64,000 nucleotides of DNA from an uncultured Verrucomicrobiae bacterium (GCA_963762565.1 CAVXLD010000001.1:106498-170497), one strand, 5' to 3'; positions 16,853-27,440 are shown, counted from the stretch's first letter. The notes: generated by a model from the letters alone, not told the origin. Program-made: numbers and translations.

Positions 16853-17869
16853 ATGAAAACTACCTCATCACGGTTTGCCGGGTTGATCGCGCTGATCGCG
16901 ATTTCGCCTCTGTCAGTTCACGCAGCTACCCAGCTGCAGGGAGCGGGAGCAACCTTTCCGGCACCACTCTATCAGCGTTGGATCGCTGAGTTCTCCAAAG
17001 CAAACCCAGGAATTCAGATCAATTATCAAGGCGTTGGGAGCGGCGCGGGTATCAAGCAATTCACAGACGGTCTGGTGACGTTCGGCGCAAGCGATGCCGC
17101 AATGACTGACGCACAAATTGCTAAAGTAAAGCAAGGCGCGGTGCTGATTCCAGCGACCGCCGGCAGCATTGTATTGGCCTACAACCTCCCTGGGGTTGAA
17201 ACTCTGAAGTTGTCTCGCGACGCATACGCCGGGATCTTCTTGGGCAAGATCACCAAATGGAGCGACCCGGCTATAACGAAGACCAACGAGGGGGTAAAGC
17301 TTCCAGATTTGAACATTACGGTTTGCACCCGCTCTGACAGCAGCGGCACAAACTTTGTATTTACGGGCCACTTGTCTGCTATAAGCGCCGATTTTAAGAA
17401 CCAAGTTGGACAGGGAACGTCTGTGACCTGGCCTGCGGGTGTGGCCGGCCAAGGCAATGACGGCGTCACCGCGCTCATTAAACAAACCCAAGGCGCCATC
17501 GGTTACGTCGAGTACGGTTACGCAAAGAATAACAAGATTCCTTTCGCACAACTACAGAACAAAGCAGGCGAGTTCGTAGAGGCCACCCCGGCGTCTGGAG
17601 CAGCAACGCTAAATACTACTGAGTTCCCGCCGAATATTCTGCGCGCTTGGCCGAGCGATCCTGCTGCGAAAGATGCTTATCCAATCGCCACGTTCACTTG
17701 GCTTCTCCTGTACAAGACCTACAGCGACAAAGACAAGCTCGCAGAGCTAAAGAAGTTCGTAACATATGGGTTGACCGATGGCCAGAAACTGTCCGACTCT
17801 CTCGGGTATATACCTATGCCTCCTGAGGTAGTGCAGAAGTGTGAGGCTGCGTTGGCCACCGTTCAATAG
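16853..17869 (+). CDS. pstS: Phosphate ABC transporter substrate-binding protein
   Basis: Signal peptide, then ATQLQGAGATFPAPLYQRWIAEF and SDSSGTNFVFT motifs typical of PstS. Confidence 0.92.
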   Translation: MKTTSSRFAGLIALIAISPLSVHAATQLQGAGATFPAPLYQRWIAEFSKANPGIQINYQGVGSGAGIKQFTDGLVTFGASDAAMTDAQIAKVKQGAVLIPATAGSIVLAYNLPGVETLKLSRDAYAGIFLGKITKWSDPAITKTNEGVKLPDLNITVCTRSDSSGTNFVFTGHLSAISADFKNQVGQGTSVTWPAGVAGQGNDGVTALIKQTQGAIGYVEYGYAKNNKIPFAQLQNKAGEFVEATPASGAATLNTTEFPPNILRAWPSDPAAKDAYPIATFTWLLLYKTYSDKDKLAELKKFVTYGLTDGQKLSDSLGYIPMPPEVVQKCEAALATVQ

Positions 17870-17891
17870 AGCCCTTACTATAACGAATCCA

Positions 17892-18848
17892 ATGACAGAC
17901 GGAGCCGAGTCCCCGACGCCAAGCTTTCACCGAAAAGGGTTTCGGTTCGACTTGTTCCGTGTATTTACGTGGGTGGCCTCCGTGGCAACGGTTGCCACCC
18001 TCGTTTGTATTGCCGCCAGTATTCTGATCCAGGCGTGGCCGGCCATTGCTCGCTTTGGCCTGGGCTTTTTTACCACTGTCGCGTGGAAGACCAGCGATCC
18101 GGAGAACTATGGAGTGCTTCCGTACCTGGTGGGGACAGCCCTCAGCTCGCTGATCGCTCTGTTACTGGCTTTACCGCTTGGCGTTCTTATTGCGATTTTC
18201 TTGAGTGAAAATTTCTTGGCGCTTCCTCTGCGTCATACGGTTCGGTTTGTGGTAGAGCTGCTAGCGGCGATTCCCAGTGTTATATACGGATTATGGGGTA
18301 TCGCAGTGGTGATCCCCATTGTTCAGCGGATCGGCGGATCCATCGCCGGAGCGCTTGGGTTCCTGCCCCTGTTTGCAGGTCCGTCTTCCGGAAACAGCAT
18401 GCTAACCGCAAGTTTGGTTCTAGCGTTGATGGTATTGCCAACCATCACGGCGATCTCAAGAACCGCGCTGGTAGCCGTGCCTGGGCAATTGCGAGAGGGA
18501 TCGTACGCGATTGGCGCGACCCGCTGGGAGACAATTTTTGGTGTCTTGTTACCGACGGCTGCCCCCGGCATCGTGGCGGCCACGATTCTGGCGTTTGGCC
18601 GCGCCATGGGTGAAACCATGGCTGTCGCCATGCTCATTGGAAATAGCCCTCGACTGACTTGGTCGCTGCTTTCGCCGGCTGGAACACTGGCCAGTTTAAT
18701 TGCCAATAAGTTTGGTGAAGCAGAGGACTTGCAAGTGAGCGCGCTTTTGTACGCCGCATTTGCTCTGATGCTCTTTACCTTGCTGGTGAACGTTATCGGC
18801 GAGTTGGTACTACGCCGAGCCCAAAAATCAATCAGCGGGTTGCGCTAA
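17892..18848 (+). CDS. pstC: Phosphate ABC transporter permease PstC
   Basis: Polytopic, with the EAA-type loop REGSYAIGATRWETIFGVLLP. The ATG at 17892 avoids the overlap with pstS that the 17841 ORF start would create. Confidence 0.9.
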   Translation: MTDGAESPTPSFHRKGFRFDLFRVFTWVASVATVATLVCIAASILIQAWPAIARFGLGFFTTVAWKTSDPENYGVLPYLVGTALSSLIALLLALPLGVLIAIFLSENFLALPLRHTVRFVVELLAAIPSVIYGLWGIAVVIPIVQRIGGSIAGALGFLPLFAGPSSGNSMLTASLVLALMVLPTITAISRTALVAVPGQLREGSYAIGATRWETIFGVLLPTAAPGIVAATILAFGRAMGETMAVAMLIGNSPRLTWSLLSPAGTLASLIANKFGEAEDLQVSALLYAAFALMLFTLLVNVIGELVLRRAQKSISGLR

Positions 18849-18852
18849 CATC

Positions 18853-19743
18853 ATGTCGACCGCAGTTTTCAATCAAAATCTAGCGCCGGAAATGAAGGCC
18901 CAGAGCATCAGAGATCGGTTGCGCTTGGGTCGAAACCTATTTTGGACGGTGATCTGCGTCCTGGCTTCGTTTCTAACGCTGATCCCTCTCTTCTCGATCA
19001 TATTTCTGGTGGTCAGCAACGGGATTGGTTTGCTGACACCCAGCGTGTTTTTCCAGCTCCCGCCAGCTCCTGGACAAGAAGGAGGCGGTCTAGGAAATGC
19101 GATTCAGGGCACAGCGCTTATGGTCGGAATTGCGATTTTCATCGCCGCGCCTCTTGGCATTTTATCCGCCGTCTATATTTCCGAATATGACAAGCGTTCC
19201 GTGCTGGCGGCGACAGTCAGATTCATTGCCAAACTGTTGACCGGCATCCCGTCGATCATTTGTGGTATGTTCGCGTTTGCGACCATCGTCGTAAGCACCC
19301 ATACAAAATCGTCTATTGCCGGCGGCGTTGCGCTGGCGGTTCTGGCTTTGCCCACAATCCTCTTAACGGCAGAACAAGCTCTGCTAGGAGTACCGCATGC
19401 TTTGCGCGAGGCCTCGTACGGTATGGGCGCGACGAAATTTCAAACCATCTTTCGCGTGGTTTTGCCCGAAGCCGTCCCGGCAATCATGACTGGGTTAATG
19501 TTGGCAATAGCCCGAGCTGCTGGCGAAACTGCACCGGTCCTGTTCACGGCGACTTCCAGCGCGTATTGGCTCTCGTCCCTGATGGAACCGACCCAATCGC
19601 TGGCAGAGCTCATTTATCGGTTCGGTAAATATCCATACCCTCACCTGATCCAGCTGGCCTGGACCGCTTCACTGGTGCTCGTCGTTCTCGTCACCCTGAC
19701 GAATGTGACCGCCCAGTTAGTGTTTGCTAAGCGGAGACGGTAA
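18853..19743 (+). CDS. pstA: Phosphate ABC transporter permease PstA
   Basis: Polytopic, with the loop REASYGMGATKFQTIFRVVLPEA. Confidence 0.9.
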   Translation: MSTAVFNQNLAPEMKAQSIRDRLRLGRNLFWTVICVLASFLTLIPLFSIIFLVVSNGIGLLTPSVFFQLPPAPGQEGGGLGNAIQGTALMVGIAIFIAAPLGILSAVYISEYDKRSVLAATVRFIAKLLTGIPSIICGMFAFATIVVSTHTKSSIAGGVALAVLALPTILLTAEQALLGVPHALREASYGMGATKFQTIFRVVLPEAVPAIMTGLMLAIARAAGETAPVLFTATSSAYWLSSLMEPTQSLAELIYRFGKYPYPHLIQLAWTASLVLVVLVTLTNVTAQLVFAKRRR

Positions 19744-19785
19744 AAGACAGCGAATGGGCGAGTAGGCGCACCGGCGAAAGGGCGT

Positions 19786-20054
19786 GGTAGGGCGAGGCTC
19801 CCGAACACCAAGGGGTTTTCGCGGAGCTGGGATCGGACCAGACACCCATTATCGTTGCGACGCCTTAAATCCCGCCGAGCCGTGGTCCCAGCGCTCGCCA
19901 AACCGATGGGATCAGCTTCATTTTTCGGCCGTGCGCGGGGGGTGGCACGTTGAATATCCGCGGCTCGGCATTTCTAGCGGCCTTTGATCACGACGGGCAG
20001 CACACGTCGTGGTCCTTGGAAAAAGGTTTGGAAATGCGGGAGCCTCGCCCTACC
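19786..20054. mobile_element. F1 palindromic element, copy 2 (269 bp, enlarged centre)
   Basis: TIRs ggtagggcgaggctcccgaa / cgggagcctcgccctacc. The central ccgccgagccgtgg...ccgcggctcgg stem is retained around a roughly 58-bp larger interior. Confidence 0.7.
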
Positions 20055-20061
20055 AAACTGC

Positions 20062-21645
20062 TCACTTCGCATACCCCACGGGCGACTTGCCGCCGGGCTC
20101 GAGCTGAGCGGACGGCTTGGGGCCGCCCCAAAGGAACGTGATGGCGGCACTAACGACGTCGATGCTGACGCCGAACTTCCCGCTGACGTTATGGCCTAGG
20201 CTGTCGGTAAAATTGACCGCCGCGTCTTGCGCAAAAAGGTGGGCATAACCAACGTCGAACGCGACGAAAGAGCACGGCTGCCAGCGGAGCCCGGCAGAGA
20301 GGAAATAACGGCTGTTATCCGGGATCCGGGGATCTCGAGTCTGGGCGCTCTGGATCGGGGTTTCATCGTAAGCGAAGCCGGCGCGGAGCGTGAGTTGTTT
20401 TAGGGCATACCATTCAAAGCCGATCGAATAACGGAGCGAATCATCGTACTGAAGATTCAAGACGTTCGTTGGAGTAGATGGATTGCTAAAGGTGATATCG
20501 ACCTGTTGCAGCCGGTTCCAGCGAGTCCACTCAATGTCACCCATCACGGCAAATTTCTGGAGAAATCGTTGGTAGAGGCTGAAGTGATAGATCGCCGGAA
20601 GATCCAACCCGGCGCTGGCGTTTTGATTAAAGAACACATCTTGCAGTGCGCTGGGGAAAGGGAATTGGACCGGTGCTCCGATCGCGTTGAGACTCGGAAC
20701 TCCCCGAAATTCGCCAGTCCCTTGCAAAGTATGGTCGATGGCGGAGCGATAGCTAAACCCGAATCGGCCATCCTGCAGAAACTCGAGTTCGTTACCTTTG
20801 AGGTATTCGAAGATGAATCCAACAGTAAACCCCACGCTCCAATCGTCCCCTTGAACCTCGGCCACCCCATCGCGCCCTTGGGGCACGAAACCGGCCGCAG
20901 AATAGGCCCGCTCCGTCGCTGCCACCACCCCGGGGATAGCGGCCAACGGGACTCCGGAGGCGGCAAGTCGCGCCGGGAGCGCAGCATAGAAAGGAGCCAA
21001 GGTTTCCGCCCCGATCTCGCCAAAATCAATCGCTTGGGTGAGCCGGGCTGAGGCGTATTGGACGTCTAGTCCGGCTCCGATGGAAATTCTATCAAGGAAA
21101 CGGTAAGCGATAGTCGGCTGGATATCGAACGTTGTTAGTTTAGTCCTCAGCGCTGCATAGCGACCCACCCAATCGGGTTCATAGTTTGTCTCAAGACCGA
21201 AGGGAACAGTAAGTCCGATCCCGACACTCAAATCGCCGTAAACAGGACTCCGGAACAATGGTTGAGAAAGATAAACATTCGGAATCAGATGATCGACGCC
21301 AGGGTCGCCGCCATTTCCTCCGGTTAGCGGTTCATTGTTGAACGGAGTTCCGGGCGCGACTAAGTGAGAGCCCTGATTCTGGAAGGTGGCGTTGGGGATA
21401 ATAAATTGTCCGCCGATTTGCAACTGGCCCTGGTCGAGCAACGCAAGTCCGGCCGGATTGAAAAAGATGGTTGAGGCGTCCTCGGCCTGAGCAGCGCCAC
21501 CGGCATACGCGCTGCCCAAGCTGGAGACGCTTTGTTCGTTTAAAGCAAAGCTGCCCGCCCAGCTTGCCGGCGGGGTCCAAATCAGGAACGTAACAAAGCC
21601 AATTACAGTAGAGAACGACTTCCGCCATCCTGGTGCAGAGTTCAT
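20062..21645 (-). CDS. fadL: Outer-membrane long-chain fatty acid / hydrophobic compound channel (FadL/TodX/OmpP1 family)
   Basis: The ATG at 21645 gives MNSAPGWRKSFSTVIGFVTFLIWTPPASWA|GSFALNEQSVSSLGSAYAGGAA, a typical FadL N-terminus. The ORF extension to 21942 is non-homologous. Confidence 0.85.
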   Translation of the reverse strand: MNSAPGWRKSFSTVIGFVTFLIWTPPASWAGSFALNEQSVSSLGSAYAGGAAQAEDASTIFFNPAGLALLDQGQLQIGGQFIIPNATFQNQGSHLVAPGTPFNNEPLTGGNGGDPGVDHLIPNVYLSQPLFRSPVYGDLSVGIGLTVPFGLETNYEPDWVGRYAALRTKLTTFDIQPTIAYRFLDRISIGAGLDVQYASARLTQAIDFGEIGAETLAPFYAALPARLAASGVPLAAIPGVVAATERAYSAAGFVPQGRDGVAEVQGDDWSVGFTVGFIFEYLKGNELEFLQDGRFGFSYRSAIDHTLQGTGEFRGVPSLNAIGAPVQFPFPSALQDVFFNQNASAGLDLPAIYHFSLYQRFLQKFAVMGDIEWTRWNRLQQVDITFSNPSTPTNVLNLQYDDSLRYSIGFEWYALKQLTLRAGFAYDETPIQSAQTRDPRIPDNSRYFLSAGLRWQPCSFVAFDVGYAHLFAQDAAVNFTDSLGHNVSGKFGVSIDVVSAAITFLWGGPKPSAQLEPGGKSPVGYAK

Positions 21646-21807
21646 GGGGGATACAAAAACGAAGCGTTGTGGGGGAGGAATACTACAACAGCAAAAAAGT
21701 AAGAACCGTTTTTGGCCGCAGTTACAAGCCAATTCCGCTAAACCAGCAGCAAATAAGCTTGCAAAGTCGAGCTTCAGAATGAGATTGGGTTTAGCGGGAC
21801 GGCGGTG

Positions 21808-21831
21808 CTGGAAGTTAAGGCTGGAAGTTAA
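21808..21831 (+). promoter_or_regulatory. Direct repeat CTGGAAGTTAA x2 upstream of fadD (possible regulator site)
   Basis: Copies at 21808-21818 and 21821-21831, with 13-bp periodicity, in the fadL/fadD divergent region. There is also a 10-bp inverted repeat ccgctaaacc...ggtttagcgg. Confidence 0.3.
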
Positions 21832-21848
21832 TTTAACGAAGGTATCTG

Positions 21849-23699
21849 ATGGCTGAATCGCTCCGTCCCGGGTCTTCCATGAGTAGTCCGTTATCGACGA
21901 CTCCCACTCGCGTTTTTGACCTGCTAGTTCACCAACAGGCACATTATCCGAAGACCGATTCGCTGGCTTACAAGGTGAACGGCGTGTGGGTGAAATTTAG
22001 TACGTCCGAGGTGCTCTCCATCGTCGAGCACCTAGCCTGCGGGCTCCAGCTGGCCGGCATTAGAGCCGGGGATAAGATCGCCAACGTCACCGATAACAAT
22101 CGACCGGAGTGGAACTTCATCGATCTCGCCAGTCTGACGCTCGGCGCCGTTCATGTCCCGATCTACCCCAACGCCTCACCCGACGATTATCGATTCATCC
22201 TCTCTGATGCCCGCCCGAGCCTGGTTTTCGTCTCCAATCAGCGTCTGTTAGAGTTCATCCGGCCGATCGCAGCCGAGATTCCGGACATCGGACACATCTA
22301 TACTTACGATGAGGTGACGGGGGCTGACTCCTGGAAGAAATTGGCTGAAGCGGGGAAAACCGCGCTGCTTGACACTGCGAACAGGGAAAAGTTAGCGGAG
22401 ACACGAGCTGCCGTTAAACCAGAAGATCTGGCCACGCTCATTTACACGTCGGGTACGACCGGACAACCAAAAGGGGTTATGCTTTCGCACGCCAATCTCG
22501 TGAGCAACGCCATGGCGGCCGCGGAGATTCTACAGCCGTGCGGCCATGAGCGAGCTCTTTCGTTCCTTCCTTTGTGCCACATTTACGAGCGAACCGTGGC
22601 CAATATGTACGCCTATGTCGGCACCTCGATCTATTACGCGGAAAACTTGGACTCTATCGGGCAAAATCTGAGGGAAGTTCAACCGGATACCTTCAGCAGC
22701 GTTCCCAGACTCCTGGAAAAGATGTACGAACGGATTCTGGCTCGGGGTGAACAACTCTCTGGATTGCAGCGGCGCATCTTTTTCTGGGCGCTTAATCTCG
22801 GGTTGAACTTTGATCCGGACGCTCATTGCCCGTGGTTCAAACGGCTGCAATTAGCAATCGCAGATTTTCTAGTGTTCCGGAAGTGGCGAGAAGCGTTCGG
22901 CGGGAGAGTCAGCGGGATAATTTCAGGGTCCGCCGCCCTCCAGCCGCGGTTAGCACGCGTGTTCTTTGCTGCTGGGATCTCCGTTTGGGAAGGCTATGGA
23001 CCAACGGAGGCGGCGCCGGTGATCGCGGTCAATCGGCCTAAAACCACCTTGCACAAGCTGGGGACAGTTGGACCAGTTATTCCGGGCGGAGAAATCAAAA
23101 TTGCCGAGGACGGCGAAATTCTCTATCGCGGTCCGAACGTGATGATGGGCTACTATCAGCGCCCGGATCTTACCAAGGAAGCAATCGATTCAGAGGGCTG
23201 GCTTCACACCGGTGACGTCGGGGAGATGGATGGCCCATTGCTTAAGATCACTGATCGTAAGAAAGAGATCTTTAAGACTTCCGGCGGAAAATACATTGCT
23301 CCTCAACAGGTCGAAAATCAGCTGAAAGAATCGCGTTTCATCGCCCAGTGCATCGTTGTCGGTGAAAATCATAAGTTCCCGGCGGCATTGATCGTTCCTC
23401 AATTTGACGCAGTGCGATCTTGGCTGACGACACAGAATGAAGAGATCGAGGATCGAACGGAGATGTCGAAACATCCGAAGGTGATTGAGTTGATTCAGAG
23501 TGAAATTGATCACTGTAATTCGCGTTTTGGCCGTTATAGCCAGATTAAGAAATTTGCTCTCGTAGCAGAGGAATGGACCATCGCCAGCGGAGAACTAACG
23601 CCAACATTGAAACTGAAGCGCAAACAAATCTTGAAGAAGCACGCCAAGGAGATCGCCGCTTTATATGAGAAAGAGGAGTTGGCGTCCGCCACCTATTAG
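21849..23699 (+). CDS. fadD: Long-chain fatty acid-CoA ligase (AMP-dependent synthetase)
   Basis: AMP-binding motif YTSGTTGQPKGVMLSH and C-terminal GELTPTLKLKRK. An alternative start is at 21879. Confidence 0.9.
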   Translation: MAESLRPGSSMSSPLSTTPTRVFDLLVHQQAHYPKTDSLAYKVNGVWVKFSTSEVLSIVEHLACGLQLAGIRAGDKIANVTDNNRPEWNFIDLASLTLGAVHVPIYPNASPDDYRFILSDARPSLVFVSNQRLLEFIRPIAAEIPDIGHIYTYDEVTGADSWKKLAEAGKTALLDTANREKLAETRAAVKPEDLATLIYTSGTTGQPKGVMLSHANLVSNAMAAAEILQPCGHERALSFLPLCHIYERTVANMYAYVGTSIYYAENLDSIGQNLREVQPDTFSSVPRLLEKMYERILARGEQLSGLQRRIFFWALNLGLNFDPDAHCPWFKRLQLAIADFLVFRKWREAFGGRVSGIISGSAALQPRLARVFFAAGISVWEGYGPTEAAPVIAVNRPKTTLHKLGTVGPVIPGGEIKIAEDGEILYRGPNVMMGYYQRPDLTKEAIDSEGWLHTGDVGEMDGPLLKITDRKKEIFKTSGGKYIAPQQVENQLKESRFIAQCIVVGENHKFPAALIVPQFDAVRSWLTTQNEEIEDRTEMSKHPKVIELIQSEIDHCNSRFGRYSQIKKFALVAEEWTIASGELTPTLKLKRKQILKKHAKEIAALYEKEELASATY

Positions 23700-23771
23700 A
23701 GAGCGTGGCGAGGAACGTGCAGGGCGACGGTTGCAAGTGCCGGGAGGACAGGACATTTGGAATACTGAATC

Positions 23772-25061
23772 ATGAAGGAACCGATTTATATCGTTGCCGG
23801 GGTCCGCACTCCGTTTGCCAAGTCAGGGACTATCCTGGCGGACACCACGGCGATGGACCTGGGTAAGACCGTAGCCAGCCTCCTGATGGCAAAGACAGGA
23901 CTTGCGCCCGAGAAGATCGAGGAAGTCATCTTCGGATGTGTCGGGCAACCAGCGGAAGCACCTAATATCGCGCGAGTCATTGCCCTGCGTGCCGGTCTGC
24001 CTGAATCCGTGCCGGCCGTTACCGTCCATCGAAACTGCGCGTCGGGGTTCGAAGCCGTGACCCAAGCTGCCGAGAAAATGATCGCGGGTCGCGGTGATGT
24101 CTTCCTCGTGGGCGGCGTCGAAAGCATGTCACAGATACCGCTGCTTTATTCCTATGAAACTGCTAAAAAATTGGGCGCGTTCGCCCGTGCAAAAAATATT
24201 GCTCACAAATTTCAAGCGGCTACCCAATTTCGGTTAAGCGATCTGAAGCCGGAGGTTGCGTTACAGCTTGGTCTTTCCGATCCGGTTTGTGGCCTCAATA
24301 TGGGGCAAACCGCCGAGAACGTGAGTCGTGATTTCAATATTTCGCGTGAAGAACAGGACAGCTTTGCGATGCAATCCCATCATCGCGCCATTGCGGCTCG
24401 GGCGAATCTGGATGCCGAAATCACGCCGGTGTACCTGTCCAGATCTAAGAACGGCAAAGCCTACCTGCAGCAGGACAACGGGCCACGAGAGAACCAAACG
24501 ATGGAAGCTCTGGCCAAACTCAAGCCGGTGTTCGAAGCGAACACTGGTACGGTGACGGCTGGTAACTCGTCTCAAATCACGGATGGAGCAACTGCGCTTC
24601 TTTTAATGACCGAGAAAGGCTTAAAGGAGTCTGGTTTAACGCCATTAGGCCGGCTGCTCGGGTATGACTACGTGGGGCTGGATCCTGCCAGGATGGGCAT
24701 GGGGCCGATCCATGCGATTCATCGGGTAGAGCAGCGAGTCGGTCTTGGGTTGAAAGACGCCTCTATCATCGAGATCAACGAGGCCTTTGCGGCCCAGGTG
24801 CTAGCCTGTCAAAAAGCGGCTGTCTCGGCGGAATGGAGCAAGAAGCATCTCGGAAGAGATTCAGCTCTGGGAGAAATCCCGGATGAGATCCTCAACGTGA
24901 ACGGAGGAGCAATCGCTCTGGGTCACCCCGTTGGAGTGACCGGATCGCGTTTAGTGCTTACCGCGTTAAAGGAACTTCACCGTAGGCAGGCCGATAAGGC
25001 GTTGGTTGCTCTGTGCGTTGGGGGCGGCCAAGGAGGGGCGCTTTGGCTAACGCGAAATTGA
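23772..25061 (+). CDS. fadA: Acetyl-CoA C-acyltransferase (3-ketoacyl-CoA thiolase)
   Basis: Active-site Cys in VHRNCASGFEAV. C-terminal NVNGGAIALGHPVGVTGSR and CVGGGQGGA. Confidence 0.92.
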   Translation: MKEPIYIVAGVRTPFAKSGTILADTTAMDLGKTVASLLMAKTGLAPEKIEEVIFGCVGQPAEAPNIARVIALRAGLPESVPAVTVHRNCASGFEAVTQAAEKMIAGRGDVFLVGGVESMSQIPLLYSYETAKKLGAFARAKNIAHKFQAATQFRLSDLKPEVALQLGLSDPVCGLNMGQTAENVSRDFNISREEQDSFAMQSHHRAIAARANLDAEITPVYLSRSKNGKAYLQQDNGPRENQTMEALAKLKPVFEANTGTVTAGNSSQITDGATALLLMTEKGLKESGLTPLGRLLGYDYVGLDPARMGMGPIHAIHRVEQRVGLGLKDASIIEINEAFAAQVLACQKAAVSAEWSKKHLGRDSALGEIPDEILNVNGGAIALGHPVGVTGSRLVLTALKELHRRQADKALVALCVGGGQGGALWLTRN

Positions 25062-25093
25062 TATTACCCTAAAGGAATAGAAGGAAACGAAAC

Positions 25094-27226
25094 GTGGATC
25101 GAACCATTACTTGTGAAGTTCGCGGGCCCGGGATCGCCTTTTTAACTTTCGATCGCCCTGGCTCGGCGGCCAATATTTTCGATCAGGCGACCTTTGAACA
25201 GCTGAATGCGTTGTTGGATCAAGTAGAGAACGACTCGTCCGTACGCGGTCTGGTCATCGTTAGTGCAAAGCCAAAGATCTTCATCGCAGGAGCCGATCTC
25301 ACCGGATTCTCTAAGGACCCGAGCGGAGAGAACCTGGCAAAGATCGTCGATCAAGGGCAACTCACCTTTGATCGCATCGCTAATTTGAAGTTCCCGACGG
25401 TCGCAGCGATCCACGGGGTCGCGCTTGGCGGTGGGCTTGAGATTGCGTTGGCCTGCGACTATCGAATTGCCTCACTCGATTCAGCAACCAAGGTAGGGCT
25501 GCCGGAGACAAGTCTCGGTATCATCCCCGCGTGGGGAGGTTGCACGCGCCTTCCCCGATTAGTGGGGTTACCGACCGCTCTCGAGGTGATCCTGTCCGCG
25601 AGACAATATCCCACCCGACAAGCCCAGAAACTCGGCTTGATCGACGATTCCACTTATCGCGAACGATTGGACGGCCTGGCCACAAAAATGATTGTTGATG
25701 GCCGCGGACGAAAGCGGGAGACCAAGACTCATTTTTCCAATATCTCACTACTCCCAGCGATCATTGCTGACCGAGTAAAAAAGAAGACGATCGAAAAGAC
25801 GCGCGGACACTACCCTGCTCCTTTGAAAGCCCTCGAAGTTGTGGTCAACGGGCTGAAGAGCACAACTGCGGTCTCCTTCGAGAACGAAAAGAATGCTTTC
25901 ATCGAACTGACAAAAGGTGAGGTCGCCCAAAACTTGATTCGAATCTTCTTTCTGCAGGAACGCTCCAAGAAATTGACGATTGGGGATCTTAAACCGGAAG
26001 TTAAACCCAAGCGGGTTCTCGTGGTGGGAGCTGGGCTGATGGGCTCGGGAATCGCGCAATGGCTGAGCGCGCGCGGGCTCAATGTGGTTCTAAAGGATGT
26101 CGGACCGGACCCCCTGGCTAAAGGTCTGCAGTCCATCGAGCGAGTTTATCGTGACGCCGTCAAACGGAAGATTCTAAGTGAGGTCGATGCCCGCGCCGGG
26201 TTTGATCGAATTTTGCCGATCTACGAGGATGTGCCGTTAACGAACGTCGATCTCGCCATAGAAGCGGCTGTCGAAAAACTCGACCTAAAGAAACAGATTT
26301 TTTCGGAGCTCGAGCCGAAAATTCCAAACACTCTGCTGATTGCATCAAACACGTCCGGACTTTCGATTGACACGATTTCGGAGGGACTGACTCATCCCGA
26401 GAAAGTCGTCGGGGTTCACTTTTTCAATCCGGTCCATCGCATGCAATTGGTTGAGGTCGTGCGCGGCTCGCGGACCAGCGAAACCGTGCTGGCGATGGCG
26501 ATTCAGTTCGTTAAATCAATCGGTAAGTTACCGGTGCTAGTGAAGGATAGCCCGGGCTTTTTAGTGAATCGGATCTTGCTGCCGTACTTGGTGGAGGCCA
26601 TTAGAATTTTTTCTGAAGGGCACAGCGTCGAAGCGATCGACCGGGCAATACTGGATTTCGGAATGCCGATGGGCCCGCTGCGCCTCAACGATGAGGTCGG
26701 GCTAGATGTTTCGCTGCATGTCGGAAGTGATTTGGCTGCGCGAGTATCGCATCTGCCACCCCTCAATAATGTGTTACCTCGAATGATTCAGAAGGGCTGG
26801 TTAGGGAAAAAGTCCGGAACCGGCTTTTACATTTATCGAGATCAGTCAGAGACACCCAACCCAGGGCTCAAGGAGTTGCAGCCATCCATCGAACCAACCA
26901 ATGCCAATCAACTGACGGACCGATTGATTTTTATTATGGTCAATGAAGCCGCCAGAGTATTGGAAGAAAAGGTGGTAACCGATCCGGCAGATGTGGATTT
27001 CGGAATGATCATGGGCACCGGTTGGGCGCCGTTCCGCGGCGGCCCATTAAAGTACGCAGACACCGTCGGAATCTCCACTGTGGTCAGCCGGTTAACCCAT
27101 TTGGCCGGAAAGTTTGGAGAACATTTTAAACCGTGTGCGCTGCTCAACGACATGGTTAATCACGGAGGCACGTTTTTCGGGCCGGTAGGATCCAACGCTG
27201 AAGTAAGTCGGGCGACTGGCTCCTAA
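25094..27226 (+). CDS. fadB: Fatty-acid oxidation complex alpha subunit (enoyl-CoA hydratase / 3-hydroxyacyl-CoA dehydrogenase)
   Basis: N-terminal crotonase fold (KIFIAGADL, GGGLEIALACD) and NAD-binding VLVVGAGLMGSGIAQW. 710 aa, GTG start. Confidence 0.92.
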   Translation: MDRTITCEVRGPGIAFLTFDRPGSAANIFDQATFEQLNALLDQVENDSSVRGLVIVSAKPKIFIAGADLTGFSKDPSGENLAKIVDQGQLTFDRIANLKFPTVAAIHGVALGGGLEIALACDYRIASLDSATKVGLPETSLGIIPAWGGCTRLPRLVGLPTALEVILSARQYPTRQAQKLGLIDDSTYRERLDGLATKMIVDGRGRKRETKTHFSNISLLPAIIADRVKKKTIEKTRGHYPAPLKALEVVVNGLKSTTAVSFENEKNAFIELTKGEVAQNLIRIFFLQERSKKLTIGDLKPEVKPKRVLVVGAGLMGSGIAQWLSARGLNVVLKDVGPDPLAKGLQSIERVYRDAVKRKILSEVDARAGFDRILPIYEDVPLTNVDLAIEAAVEKLDLKKQIFSELEPKIPNTLLIASNTSGLSIDTISEGLTHPEKVVGVHFFNPVHRMQLVEVVRGSRTSETVLAMAIQFVKSIGKLPVLVKDSPGFLVNRILLPYLVEAIRIFSEGHSVEAIDRAILDFGMPMGPLRLNDEVGLDVSLHVGSDLAARVSHLPPLNNVLPRMIQKGWLGKKSGTGFYIYRDQSETPNPGLKELQPSIEPTNANQLTDRLIFIMVNEAARVLEEKVVTDPADVDFGMIMGTGWAPFRGGPLKYADTVGISTVVSRLTHLAGKFGEHFKPCALLNDMVNHGGTFFGPVGSNAEVSRATGS

Positions 27227-27316
27227 CCATGAAATGGTTGCAGAGCGCTCGGAAACTGACGACAACCGGCCCCGGTTTGAAAAGTGGGCGACCTCTCGGT
27301 GAGCGGTCTGCAAATC

Positions 27317-27440
27317 GGGGAGGGCGCGCGTCCCCGCGCGCCGCGAGGACGTGGCACAACCTAAAGGTGTATGTTGGCCCCCGATTACAACACATGCTCG
27401 GCTTCGGCGACAACGGATCGCGGGGACGCGATCCCTCCCG
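27317..27440. repeat. W-type cassette: GGGGAGGG + GC tetraloop hairpin ... hairpin + CCCTCCC
   Basis: ggggagggcgcgcgtccccgcgcgcc (27317-27342) and ggatcgcggggacgcgatccctccc (27416-27440). The same design recurs at 49063-49180. Confidence 0.7.

Noticed and set aside
21646-21848. A FadR-type operator in the fadL/fadD divergent region
   Set aside because: I can point to a direct repeat and a 10-bp inverted repeat, but there is no match to a known FadR/TetR-type consensus that I can verify. It is kept only as a low-confidence regulatory feature.
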